This document shows positions 18,495 through 28,200 of a stretch of DNA of 42,595 nucleotides, one piece after another. Each line of letters starts with the position of its first letter. Within the stretch, counting starts at the first letter, position 1. The notes under the pieces were generated by a model, which was given only the letters and a program-made list of their open reading frames with translations, was not told where the DNA came from and ran no database searches. Source of the DNA: Candidatus Micrarchaeia archaeon (GTDB lineage Archaea > Micrarchaeota > Micrarchaeia > Burarchaeales > JACRGF01); contig JAWCPB010000004.1 in the NCBI GenBank assembly GCA_038870455.1, positions 1 to 42,595 on the forward strand, read 5' to 3'. A program made the position numbers and the translations under genes.

Positions 18495-19406
18495 ATGAAA
18501 CGCTTTCTCCTGCTGCTTCCTACCATCCTTCTCCTCGCGGGCTGCCTCGGCGGGCCGGCGAGCTCCGAGAAATCCGTTGAGGCGTCCGTGAAAGACTTCC
18601 TCATCCGCTACTATGGCGTGTGGGATGTCGCCGTGACCAACACGAGCTTCAGAAACGGGCTGTGGTTTGTCAATGTGAGCTACTCGAGCGAGAGGGGAAG
18701 GAGCTCCACGCTAATTCTCATCGACGACACCAACCTTTCCAGCAGATGGGAGCTGCTTCCTTTCATCACCACGCCCATAGGCATCGCGCCCATCCCAGGC
18801 AAGCTGTCCTGTTCCGAGGGAGGGCGGCTCAAGGTCATGCTTTTCACTGACCCGTACTGCGAAGCGTGCCTGCGTGCGGAGGAACCCATCGCCCAGCTCA
18901 AGGCCAAGTTCAACGAGAGCATTGATTTCGAGTACAGGCTGCTGCTGACAGACACCCAGCTGCTGGCAAAGAATTTCGGCTATGAGAATGCCTCGCTGGC
19001 GGCAAGCTATTTCGCCTGCGCGAGGGAACAGGGCAATGCCGTGCTCGACCCGGTAAAGGAGTGCGCGCTCGCCGCATACAGAAACCACGCCGGCACGCCG
19101 CTCTCAAAGGATGAGCTGGACGCCTGCCTGCCTCGCGCCACCGCCCTTGATGTGGCGTCCTTTGATGCCTGCCTCCAGACCGCCAACCAGCTGCTGGACT
19201 TTGACAACAAGCTTGCGCTCACCTACCTCGCGCCGACGCCCATCACCCCGCGCGTTGTCATCGACTGCACCGTCAAGGCAACGCCGCGCACCGCCGAGTA
19301 CGCCATCTGCGCGGACTTCCAGAAAAACCAGAGCATTCCCGGTTGCCCGCCCCCGGAAAAAAAGGCGAAGAAAAAGTCGAACGCGAGCGCTCAAACCGAA
19401 ACATAA
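18495..19406 (+). CDS. Secreted DsbA/thioredoxin-fold lipoprotein
   Basis: LAGC lipobox, FTDPYCEAC (CxxC), CAREQG, ITP cis-Pro motif. Confidence 0.8.
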   Translation: MKRFLLLLPTILLLAGCLGGPASSEKSVEASVKDFLIRYYGVWDVAVTNTSFRNGLWFVNVSYSSERGRSSTLILIDDTNLSSRWELLPFITTPIGIAPIPGKLSCSEGGRLKVMLFTDPYCEACLRAEEPIAQLKAKFNESIDFEYRLLLTDTQLLAKNFGYENASLAASYFACAREQGNAVLDPVKECALAAYRNHAGTPLSKDELDACLPRATALDVASFDACLQTANQLLDFDNKLALTYLAPTPITPRVVIDCTVKATPRTAEYAICADFQKNQSIPGCPPPEKKAKKKSNASAQTET

Positions 19407-20260
19407 CTCGGGCGGACTTTCATTTTCAGCACGAGCCACAGCTTCTGCCAGAAAGATAACTTTGCCTTCTTGTTGAAAACGTCGAACCCATCCCGCTCTA
19501 TCTGGTCGAGCACTTTGGCGTACGCGCCTCCCATGAGAAGTGTGGCGAGCCTCGAATCCTCATTCACCAGCTTAGTCACCTCGAACGCCTTGGCGTAATA
19601 CCTCTTGACTCTCTCGACCTGAAACTTCATGAGCCTTCTGAAATTGTCGTTGATCTCCCCCCTGAGCAGCTCGGCTTCGCTGTAGCCGAACCTCTTGAGC
19701 TCCTCCAGTGGCAGGTAAATTCTTCCCTTGCGCGCGTCCTCGCCCACGTCCCTGAGTATGTTGGTGAGCTGGAGGGCGAGGCTCAAGTACCTGCCGTACT
19801 TCTTTGCGTTCTTGTTCTTGTACCCGAAGATGCTGAGGCTGATTGTGCTTATCGTGGTCGCAACGCGATTGCAGTACTTGAGGAGGTCGCGGAAGGTGCC
19901 GTAGCGTTTTATCCTCTGGTCCATCCTGCAGCCCTCGATGAGTCCCTTGAACGGAGCCTTCGGAATACGGTACCTCTCCACTGCGTCGGCGAGCGCGATG
20001 GTTATGGGGTGGTTTGCCTTGCCCGCATAACAGGCATCAAGATCTCTCTCCCACCTGTCGAGCAGCTCCTCGACTCTCGCATGAGACCCGAGCTCGTCGG
20101 CGATGTCATCAACATACCGACAGAAGGCGTAGCACGCGAACACCGCGTTCTTCTTGTCATTGGGAAGGAACTGGAATCCAAGGTAAAAGTTCGTGTCGTT
20201 TCTTCTGGCGACATCCTGGCAGTACCGGTAAGCCTCTTCAAGCGAAACCTTTCCTTTCAT
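19391..20260 (-). CDS. Phytoene/squalene synthase family protein (HpnD/CrtB-like)
   Basis: YAFCRYVDDIAD, YCNRVA and LQLTNILRDVGEDARKGRIYLP motifs. Confidence 0.93.
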   Translation of the reverse strand: MKGKVSLEEAYRYCQDVARRNDTNFYLGFQFLPNDKKNAVFACYAFCRYVDDIADELGSHARVEELLDRWERDLDACYAGKANHPITIALADAVERYRIPKAPFKGLIEGCRMDQRIKRYGTFRDLLKYCNRVATTISTISLSIFGYKNKNAKKYGRYLSLALQLTNILRDVGEDARKGRIYLPLEELKRFGYSEAELLRGEINDNFRRLMKFQVERVKRYYAKAFEVTKLVNEDSRLATLLMGGAYAKVLDQIERDGFDVFNKKAKLSFWQKLWLVLKMKVRPSYVSV

Positions 20261-20269
20261 GCAAGCCCC

Positions 20270-21361
20270 TCAGCGCTGGGAACACCACACGCAGTTTTCC
20301 CCGTGGCCGCACCTCCCTCTTTTCCTCCAGACTGTTGCTCTGATTATTCGCTGCATAAGTCTTTTAAAAACAGAGGGGGCCGTCCATCTTCCGAGGAATT
20401 CCCTCGCGTCGCCCGCCCGCTCAGCCCGCCCAGCAAGCCACTCGTACCCCTTGTTTCCCAGCAGCTCGAACAAAAACCTGTTGGCCACGCCCGCTTCGAG
20501 AAAATGGAAAATCCTCTCGCGCGCAGCCCGCTCGTAATCTTCTTCGCCAGCCAGATGCGCCGCAGCCATCCACCCGCTTTCGATTGCATAGCGCAGCCCG
20601 AAGCCGAAAAGAAAATCCTGGAAGCCCGCAGCCTCCCCGGCAACGAGCTTTCCGCCAATCGCCAGCCTGCGCGGAATGTAGAAAGAGACGAAGTTCGCCT
20701 GCTCCTTCGGCCTGCGTATTTCGAAGCCAAGCTTTTCCTGCAGCCTTTTCACACCATTTTCAAAATACGCCCCGATCCTTCTGAAGTCGCGCATTATTGC
20801 CACGCACAGCGTCGCCCTTCCGCCATGCGAGAAGACGTACGCATAGCCCTTTGGAGCGATTCTGTCATCGAGCAAGATGTGGTGCAGCTCCTCGTCGGTC
20901 TCAAAGACAAGCTCCCTCGCAATCCCATCCGCCCGCCTCGCGCCCGTGGCGATCACATCGACCTCGCTCTCCCCCACCGCCTTTCCGAACTTCACTTCGG
21001 CTCCTGAGGCGCGCGCCTGCTCGAGAAGCCCAGCATCGAGCGTTCCCCGCCCGCTGCCCCTGCGCAGCATGTACCACAAGGGCTTTCTGCTCGTCAGCTC
21101 GTGCTCTTTCATTGACGGGCCGAAGACGGTCATCCTCCTCTGCGGGACCAGCTCAAAATTCCTGTCTATTCCCGCGCGCCTCAGTAAGGAAAGCGCGCCC
21201 TCTGTGTGCGAAAAGTTTTCAAGGAACTGGAATGAGCCAGCGAACCGCGAGCCCACGCGCCGGCTTCTCTCGAAAACCCTCACGCGCTCCCCCGCCTTAG
21301 CTAGGTTGATCGCGCAGGCAAGGCCGGCCGGCCCAGCGCCGGCTATGCAGAAAGTGTGCAT
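20270..21361 (-). CDS. FAD-dependent oxidoreductase (geranylgeranyl reductase-like)
   Basis: GAGPAG Rossmann motif, ATG, PKGYAYVF, GEAAGFQD..GFGL..AIESG. Confidence 0.85.
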   Translation of the reverse strand: MHTFCIAGAGPAGLACAINLAKAGERVRVFERSRRVGSRFAGSFQFLENFSHTEGALSLLRRAGIDRNFELVPQRRMTVFGPSMKEHELTSRKPLWYMLRRGSGRGTLDAGLLEQARASGAEVKFGKAVGESEVDVIATGARRADGIARELVFETDEELHHILLDDRIAPKGYAYVFSHGGRATLCVAIMRDFRRIGAYFENGVKRLQEKLGFEIRRPKEQANFVSFYIPRRLAIGGKLVAGEAAGFQDFLFGFGLRYAIESGWMAAAHLAGEEDYERAARERIFHFLEAGVANRFLFELLGNKGYEWLAGRAERAGDAREFLGRWTAPSVFKRLMQRIIRATVWRKRGRCGHGENCVWCSQR

Positions 21362-21382
21362 GCGCTAATCTCACCGGCCTAG

Positions 21383-22411
21383 TTAAAATGGCTTCTGGAG
21401 CAGGATGGCCGGCGCGTTCTCAAAATCCTCGGATGGAAACCGCCACACGGCAAGCTCGCCCTCCGCCACCACCTGCATGCCCGCCGGGCGCACAAGGCAG
21501 TCGGCGTGTTCGGCTTCCCACAGCAGTCCGCCGGGCATAATCAGCCTGACGAGCTCCTGCTGCAGCTCCTCATCGTGCTTGACCTTGTGTAACAGCGCCG
21601 TGACGCCCTTTGCGATGAGGGTCGAGATAGCTTCCTTCATTTCTCGCATGAACGCCAGCCCCTCTGCGCTCACCAACTCAAAAGTCTTGGTTTCGGAATT
21701 GTGCGACAGCTTGATGGTGCCGGGATTGCCCTGCAGGACATCCACCCCGCATCCGGCGTAGTAAGCGAGCTTGTCGGCCATGTAGTCGAGGTCATAGTGG
21801 TCGTAGCGCCGATCCACGAGAACAAAACGGCTGGCCGGGAAGTGCAGGGCGTGCTCAATATCATGCAATGCGCCGAGATAGAGCACAGGATAGGTTTGGA
21901 ATATCTCCCTTCGCTCGGCGGCTATGGCCGCCACCTTAAGCCTGTGCTCGGTATTAGGCTCTCCCATCTCGCTCACAAACGACGCGAAGAGGAGTTTTTT
22001 CTCCAGCTTCTTGAGGGGCATGTCCTCGATGCGGCTGTGTATCTTTGTGAGCTCATCAAGGTTCTTGCTTAACTCCGGATCAGCAGCTGTCAGGGCGCCC
22101 ATTCCCTCCTTTGTCAGCACTATCTCCATTTCCCCTTCCCCATTGGACCGGAAATCGATGAGGCGAGCCCCACGGAGCCCGACTAGAATGGGCGTGAGCT
22201 TCCTCTTAATTCTATGAGTGTACTCATCTGCGGAGCAGATGATGCGTAACTCACTTGCGAGCGAGACGAGGTCGATGCTCCCATCGTATCTCCATATTGC
22301 GCGCAGCGTGTTGAGCTCCTCTGTGCTCAGAAGACGCCCTTCGGCCAGCGGAAGGCCAAACCCCCTTCTCCTGCCAGCCACGATGGCACGCCTGGCGAGC
22401 CTCAGCGCCAT
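21383..22411 (-). CDS. Hypothetical protein (possible N-terminal wHTH, possible SAM-methyltransferase-like C-terminal half)
   Basis: LRGARLI...LTKEG resembles a winged-helix wing; VLYLGA..D and FVLVD resemble Rossmann MTase motifs I/II. Weak assignment. Confidence 0.55.
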   Translation of the reverse strand: MALRLARRAIVAGRRRGFGLPLAEGRLLSTEELNTLRAIWRYDGSIDLVSLASELRIICSADEYTHRIKRKLTPILVGLRGARLIDFRSNGEGEMEIVLTKEGMGALTAADPELSKNLDELTKIHSRIEDMPLKKLEKKLLFASFVSEMGEPNTEHRLKVAAIAAERREIFQTYPVLYLGALHDIEHALHFPASRFVLVDRRYDHYDLDYMADKLAYYAGCGVDVLQGNPGTIKLSHNSETKTFELVSAEGLAFMREMKEAISTLIAKGVTALLHKVKHDEELQQELVRLIMPGGLLWEAEHADCLVRPAGMQVVAEGELAVWRFPSEDFENAPAILLQKPF

Positions 22412-22429
22412 GATTGCTTTATCCCAGGC

Positions 22430-23122
22430 TTATTTAACTCCCTTTTGGCGGAGCAGCACGAACAGGTGCTCCCTGTCAAATGGCTCGAGCGGGATGCGCT
22501 GCAGCACATCAAATGCATTGGCCAGCTGCCGCAACACTTTCTCATAAACCCTTTCAGGCTTCGCGGTCACGTCAATGCTCTGACTCTTTATAGCCATGAG
22601 AGCATACCCTCTTTTCTTCAGAAACATCCTCACATTCTCGAGGAGTATCCTCGCCTGCTCCGGATCTGCAACATCCTCATAAATCACATCAGCCTTCTCC
22701 TTCACATCGTTCGCATACGCTTCTGGTCTGCGCGCATCTGCAAGAATAGGCAGCATGTTTTTTCTCGGCTCGCACAGGAGGAGGAAATCGCGCATGCTCC
22801 GGGGGGAGAACTCCACGCAATAGACCACGCCTTCCTCACCTACGATGTCGCTGACAAAGCTGGCGGTCACGCCGCTGGCCGCACCCAGATACAGCACGCG
22901 CGTTCCTCTTTGAATCGGCAGCTGCTCGAGTCCCTTGACTATGGCCGCGGCGAGCTTGCTGCGCACCGGATCCCAAAAGCGGTACTCGACCCCGCCTTCC
23001 TCAACCAGCCTCTCGCCGTGAATGCGGAATCCCTTAATCAAATTCCTCGTCGCGAGAAAGCGCCTTCCTTTCTCCTCTGCCCAGAAAACGCCCGCAAACT
23101 TCTCGTGCGGAACGACGCGCAT
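22430..23122 (-). CDS. flpA: Fibrillarin (rRNA/tRNA 2'-O-methyltransferase)
   Basis: YRFWDPVRSKLAAAI, VLYLGAASG, VEFSPR, DVADPEQ and SIDVT motifs. AGGTGA RBS 4 nt before ATG at 23122. Confidence 0.95.
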   Translation of the reverse strand: MRVVPHEKFAGVFWAEEKGRRFLATRNLIKGFRIHGERLVEEGGVEYRFWDPVRSKLAAAIVKGLEQLPIQRGTRVLYLGAASGVTASFVSDIVGEEGVVYCVEFSPRSMRDFLLLCEPRKNMLPILADARRPEAYANDVKEKADVIYEDVADPEQARILLENVRMFLKKRGYALMAIKSQSIDVTAKPERVYEKVLRQLANAFDVLQRIPLEPFDREHLFVLLRQKGVK

Positions 23123-23139
23123 CTCTTCACCTGGAGGTT

Positions 23140-23217
23140 CTAGGAACCAACGATGTGACGAGGAGCGAGCCTCGCGACAGCGAGGTGCGAGCGACGAAGT
23201 CATCGGTTGGTTCCTAG
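23140..23217. repeat. 78-bp palindromic element with CTAG ends (MITE/REP-like)
   Basis: Perfect 11-bp terminal inverted repeat CTAGGAACCAA / TTGGTTCCTAG, extended by CGA..TGAC / GTCA..TCG; inner hairpin CCTCGC-GACA-GCGAGG. Confidence 0.8.
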
Positions 23218-23293
23218 TGGGCCCGGCGGGATTTGAACCCACGACTTCCTGGTTAAAAGCCAGGCACTCTAGGCCAAGCTGAGTTACGGGCCC
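23218..23293 (-). tRNA. tRNA-Lys(TTT), intronless
   Basis: GGGCCCGTAACTCAGCTTGGCCTAGAGTGCCTGGCTTTTAACCAGGAAGTCGTGGGTTCAAATCCCGCCGGGCCCA folds to a cloverleaf; TTAAAAA upstream at 23317-23323. Confidence 0.95.
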
Positions 23294-23328
23294 GCAATCG
23301 TTATGGAAAGAGACTGTTTTTAACCTGT

Positions 23329-23502
23329 TCACATCAGCAGCGCGAGCATCGCGACAATTCCGGCGAACATGAACGCGAGGTAGAGGATGAGCATCGTCTG
23401 CCTGGCGCTGTTCCTCACGTCCCTCGCCACCCGCCAGCACACGGCCGAAACGGTGAAGAGCGCGAGCGCGAGTGGAAAGGCCGGCAGCGCGAGCGGCGTC
23501 AT
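23329..23502 (-). CDS. Small two-TM membrane protein, 57 aa
   Basis: MTPLALPAFPLALALFTVSAVCWRVARDVRNSARQTMLILYLAFMFAGIVAMLALLM; starts 1 nt after the metG stop. Confidence 0.6.
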   Translation of the reverse strand: MTPLALPAFPLALALFTVSAVCWRVARDVRNSARQTMLILYLAFMFAGIVAMLALLM

Positions 23503-23503
23503 C

Positions 23504-25150
23504 TCATTTCCCCCTAAGCCTTTCCTCTTGCGCTTTTATTTTTTCATCGGTTATCTTCTCGAACAGCGGCCGTGCCTCGCCGACGGCTGCGCCCGGCGGC
23601 AGGAGCTCGCGGTCGGCATTCCGCCACCTCAACAGGCTCTCGCTGAGGCCCAGCATGGCGTACAGCCTGCGCGCGGCGAACGGAAGGAAGGGCTCGAGCA
23701 GCACTCCGAGCGCGGTGACCCCTCTCACGCAGACATACAGCGTGGCGGCAACCCGCTCCCCTTTTTTTTCCTTCCAAGGCTCTCTCTCGCTCAGAAAACG
23801 GTTCAGTTCGCCCGACAGCGCGAGTATCTCCTCGAGCGCGAGCTTGAACTCGAACTTCTGGAGGAGGCTCCCAGTTTTTTCTTTCACCCCGCTTATTCTG
23901 TCGAGAACAGCTTTTTCCTCTTTGCCGACCTTCGCTTTCGGCACTTTTCCATCCGCGAGCTTCTTGACGAGCACGAGCGTGCGGTGAATGAAATTCCCAA
24001 TGTTCGCCACGAGCTCGTTGTTTATCTTGTCTTGAAAGTCCTTCCAGTAGAAGTCCGCGTCCTCGGTGGAATACGGCGTTATCATCGTCTCGTAGTACCT
24101 CAGGTAATCCGGGTCGAATTCCTTGAGGTAGTCGGCGAGGCTGACGAACCATTTTTTGCTCTTGCTGAACTTGCGTCCCTCGAGGTTTAGGTATCCCCTG
24201 ACCGGGATGGCGTGCGGGAGGTTGAATCCGTCCTCCGTCCCCATGAGCATGGCCGGCCAGAAGAGAAAGTGGTGGTAGATGATGTCCTTGCCGATGAAGT
24301 GGATGATTCTCGCTTTTTTGTTTTTCCAATACTCCTGCCATTTTTCCGGCAGCAGGGCTGCCGTGGAGCTGACATAGCCTATGGGCGCGTCAAACCACAC
24401 ATAGAATACTTTGTCGGGCTTGCCTGGCACGGGCACGCCCCAGGCGAGGTCGCGCGTGATGTCCCAGTCGTTCAACCCGCCCTCAATCCAATTCAGGATG
24501 TAATTGAGCACTTCCCTCTGCAGGTTCTTGTTGCCCACGAGCCACTCCCTGAGCCTGGCCGAGAACTTGCTGAGCGCGAGGAAAGAGTGCACGGTTGTTC
24601 TTGTGACGGGCCTGCTGCCGCACACGCCGCACGCGGGCTCGAGTATCTCCCCGGGCCCCAGCGCCTTGCCGCAGGCGTCGCAGTAGTCGCTGTACTGGCC
24701 TGCCGCGCCGCAGTGCGGGCACTTTCCGACAACAAACCTGTCGGGAAGAAAGCGCCTGCACTTCTCGCAGTACGCCTGGGCAACTTCCTTCTCGTAAATG
24801 AACCCGTTGGCGAGCAGCCTGTTGTAAAAGTGCTGTGTGAGCTCTCTGTTCTCCCTGCTGCTCGTGCGGTGAAAGATGTCGAATGAGAAGCCGAGCGCGG
24901 CGAACTCCTGCCTGTCCTTCTCGTGGTAGTAGTCAACGAATTCCTTCGGCGTTTTCCCATCCTTTTCAGCGGCCGCCACGATGGGCGTGCCGTGCTCGTC
25001 AGTCGCGCACACGTACACTACGTCGTTGCCGAGCGAGCGCTGGAAGCGCGCGTAAATGTCGCTGGGAAGATAGGTGCTTCTGATGTGGCCCAGGTGAAGC
25101 GGGCCGTTTGCGTACGGAAGCGCGGCTGTTACAAGGGTTTTCTCGACGAT
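23504..25150 (-). CDS. metG: Methionyl-tRNA synthetase (probable non-canonical ATC start)
   Basis: TAALPYANGPLHLGH (HIGH motif), TDEHG, Zn knuckles, YVWFDA, GKDI, KFSKS. The frame extends upstream of the track's GTG (25018) to ATC at 25150 and is then closed by TAA at 25160-25162. Confidence 0.95.
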   Translation of the reverse strand: MVEKTLVTAALPYANGPLHLGHIRSTYLPSDIYARFQRSLGNDVVYVCATDEHGTPIVAAAEKDGKTPKEFVDYYHEKDRQEFAALGFSFDIFHRTSSRENRELTQHFYNRLLANGFIYEKEVAQAYCEKCRRFLPDRFVVGKCPHCGAAGQYSDYCDACGKALGPGEILEPACGVCGSRPVTRTTVHSFLALSKFSARLREWLVGNKNLQREVLNYILNWIEGGLNDWDITRDLAWGVPVPGKPDKVFYVWFDAPIGYVSSTAALLPEKWQEYWKNKKARIIHFIGKDIIYHHFLFWPAMLMGTEDGFNLPHAIPVRGYLNLEGRKFSKSKKWFVSLADYLKEFDPDYLRYYETMITPYSTEDADFYWKDFQDKINNELVANIGNFIHRTLVLVKKLADGKVPKAKVGKEEKAVLDRISGVKEKTGSLLQKFEFKLALEEILALSGELNRFLSEREPWKEKKGERVAATLYVCVRGVTALGVLLEPFLPFAARRLYAMLGLSESLLRWRNADRELLPPGAAVGEARPLFEKITDEKIKAQEERLRGK

Positions 25151-25294
25151 GTTTTCACCTTAAGCAAAAGCCTTTAATAACCTGCCCCGAAACAAAACCT
25201 TTCACCGGAAGTCTGGTGTGGGGGCGTTTATAAGGCTCCGAGAGGAATCCATCCCTATAGTATTCCATCAGAAACTTTCTTTAAGGCGCGTGTC

Positions 25295-28200
25295 ATGGCC
25301 GAAGACACTCAACCGCTCGTGGAAAAGCTCACCGAGTTCTTCGAGACCAAGCTGCTCGAAAAGATAGAGGACCTGGCGGCCGCCTATCCCATGCGCAGGA
25401 GCCTGGCCATCGACTACGCCGAGCTCGAGAAGTTCGACCCGGACCTTGCCGACGAGCTGCTCGAGTCGCCCGACAAGGTTGTCGCCGCGGCGGAGGCCGC
25501 GCTGGCGGGCATGGGCGCCACGCTGCCTCTTCTGCCGGGCACGAAGTTCACCCCGCACGCGCGCTTCCACAACCTGCCTGACAAGAGCCTGCTCATTCAG
25601 GACATCGGCAGCGCGCACATCGAGAAGCTCGTGTGCGTCAAGGGCGTCATCACGAAGAGAACAGAGGTGTGGCCCAAGGTCATGATCGCGTTCTATGAAT
25701 GCGCCCACTGCGGCAACGGGTACAAGGTTCCATTAACCAGGAAGGGCGCAGGCATGAGCGCCTGCGAGGAGTGCAGGAGGCCCGTCAGGCTCAGGGAGGA
25801 CAAGAGCTATTTCGTGGATTTCCAGCGCGCCGAGGCGCAGGAGCTGCTCGAGCGGCTTCACGGCGGCGCGCCCGCCTCCCACCTCCAGCTGGACCTCGAG
25901 GACGACCTCGTGAACACTTTCGTGCCGGGCGACACGATTGAGATCACCGGCATCGTGCGCATCAGGCCGCCTCTGCTGAGAAAGGGAAGCCATGCGAGCG
26001 GCACTTACCTCAAGTACCTCGACGTCATGCACGTCGAGAGCGTGCAGCGCAAGTTCGAGGAAGTCGAGGTGAGCAAGGAGGAGGAGAAGCGCATACGCGA
26101 GCTGGCCAAGGACCCGGAGATTTTCGAGAAGATAACGCGCTCCATCGCGCCAAGCATCTACGGGCATGACGAGGTAAAGCAGGCGATTGCGCTCCAGCTG
26201 TTCGGCGCAACCCCTGACAAGGAGCTGCCAGAGGGCGGGCGCATCCGCAGTGACATTCACATCCTGCTCATCGGCGACCCAGGCGCGGCGAAAAGCCGCT
26301 TCCTGCAGTACGTCAAGGACCTCGCGCCCAAAAGCATTTACGTCAGCGGCAAATCGGTCAGCGGAGTGGGGCTGTGCGTAGCCGGAGACTCGCTTGTGCA
26401 GCTCAACGATGCTGGCCTCTTGCGCATCGGCGAATTGGTGGAAGCAAATTTCAACAAGGGCATTGAAGAACTGCCCGGCGCTTTCTCATGCGCCAAACCA
26501 TCGCGCGTGGTTGCAGTCCGCCCTGATTTAAAAATCGCGTTCTGCAAAGGAAGCAAGATATGGAGAATCAAGCCCCCCTCGCACCTCATCCATCTCACTA
26601 CCCAGCGCGGCAAATCCCTGCGTGTCACGCCCCACACACCCGTGCTCGTGCTCGAGGACAGCGAGGTTGTGTGGAAGAGGGCGGGCGAGCTCACTGGCAG
26701 GGAATTCATCGCCACCACGCGCGCTCTTCCCCCACTCACCGGCAGGCCCATTGCTCTCGTTTCTCTCCTCGCTCATCCACATGTGCGTGTTGCCGCGCCC
26801 ATCGCCGAATGGTTTAAACTAGCCGCCGGCAAGCTCGTGCAGAAATACGGCGACCTCACGCGCGCCAGCACCGCGCTCGGCATCCGCCGCGAGCAACTAT
26901 ACGAATGGAAGGATGCAAAACGTTCCAGAGGCGCTTCCATCGCCGCGCTCAAAACCATCGCTGCCGAGGCGGGCATGCCCGTCGATTCGCTCGCCTCTTT
27001 CGCCACTTCGGTCTTTGTCCGTCATGGAAGGCCTCACCGGCTTCCCCCCACACTCACACCCGACCTTTGCTACTTCGCCGGCCTCATGGCAGGCGATGGC
27101 GATGTTTCGTGGAAAGGTAGCACCGCCTCTGTTCGCTTCCACTGCAAAGACGTTGAATTCCTGAAGCGGGTGCAGCTTCTTGTTTCAAACCTGTTCGGCA
27201 TCCGTGCCAGAATCGAGCAGTCTAGGAACCGAATCCCCTGCCTGCGGTTCGGCTCGCTCGTAGTAGCCGAACTCCTCGAAAAACTAGGTGTGCCTTCCGG
27301 AGAGAAGTCCCATCGCGTCGATATTCCGGTCGCGGTCACTTCCTCTGGGGTAGACAATGTGCGTGCCTTTCTCAAGGGCCTATTTGATACGGACGGATGG
27401 GTCGCGCGGCCGAGAGGAAGGGGCTCAGCGAGCGTGGGCCTCACCACCGCCAGCGAACCGCTCGCGCAAAAACTTCTTCTCCTGCTCGAATGGTGGGGTA
27501 TTCTGGCCAAGCTCCGTTGCCGCGACAAGCGCGGCGCAACAGCACTCTTGGGCGGCAAGAAGGTCATCACCAAACGCCTTCAATACCAGATTGAGATACG
27601 CGGCGTTGACAACATACGCCGTTTCCGTGACGCGATTGGCTTCAGCCGCACAGAAAAACGTGCTGCGCTCGACCAGCTGCTTTCTGCGTGCGTCACCGCC
27701 AATCCCAACCTTGACCTAGTGCCCATCACCCGCTTTCTCTCCTCCCTCAAAAGACGCTACCTGCTTTCCGAGCGCGTGCTGCCCACATTCTATTGCCGTG
27801 GAACCAACGCCATGAGCCGCGAGCGGCTGGCGCGCCTTGCCGGCTTCATCAAAGAAAAGCCTGAGGCAGAGCTGTTGCATGTGCTCGCATCCTCCGACAT
27901 CTATTGGGATCGGCTTTCAGCTGTCTCCAAGGAGCCCTGCCTTGACGAGTGGGTGTATGATTTCACAGTTGAAGGCTCACATGCTTTCGCCGCCAACGGC
28001 ATCATCGTTCACAACACTGCCAGCGCAGAGCGCGACGAGCTCGGCGAGGGCGGGTGGGTGCTCAAGGCCGGCGCGCTCGTGCTCGCCAGCGGCGGCATCG
28101 CGAGCATCGACGAGTTCGACAAGATTGATGATGCGGAGCGCGGCGCGCTTCACGAGGTCATGGAGAGCGGAACGGTGAGCATAGCCAAGGCCGGCATCGT

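Noticed and set aside
23123-23440. N-terminal extension of fibrillarin in the ORF track (similar extensions on cobO, pgk, aIF2-beta, JAMM, asparagine synthase and the 4883-6541 ORF)
   Set aside because: The extensions run through tRNAs or neighbouring genes; downstream starts with an RBS or family-consistent N-termini fit better.
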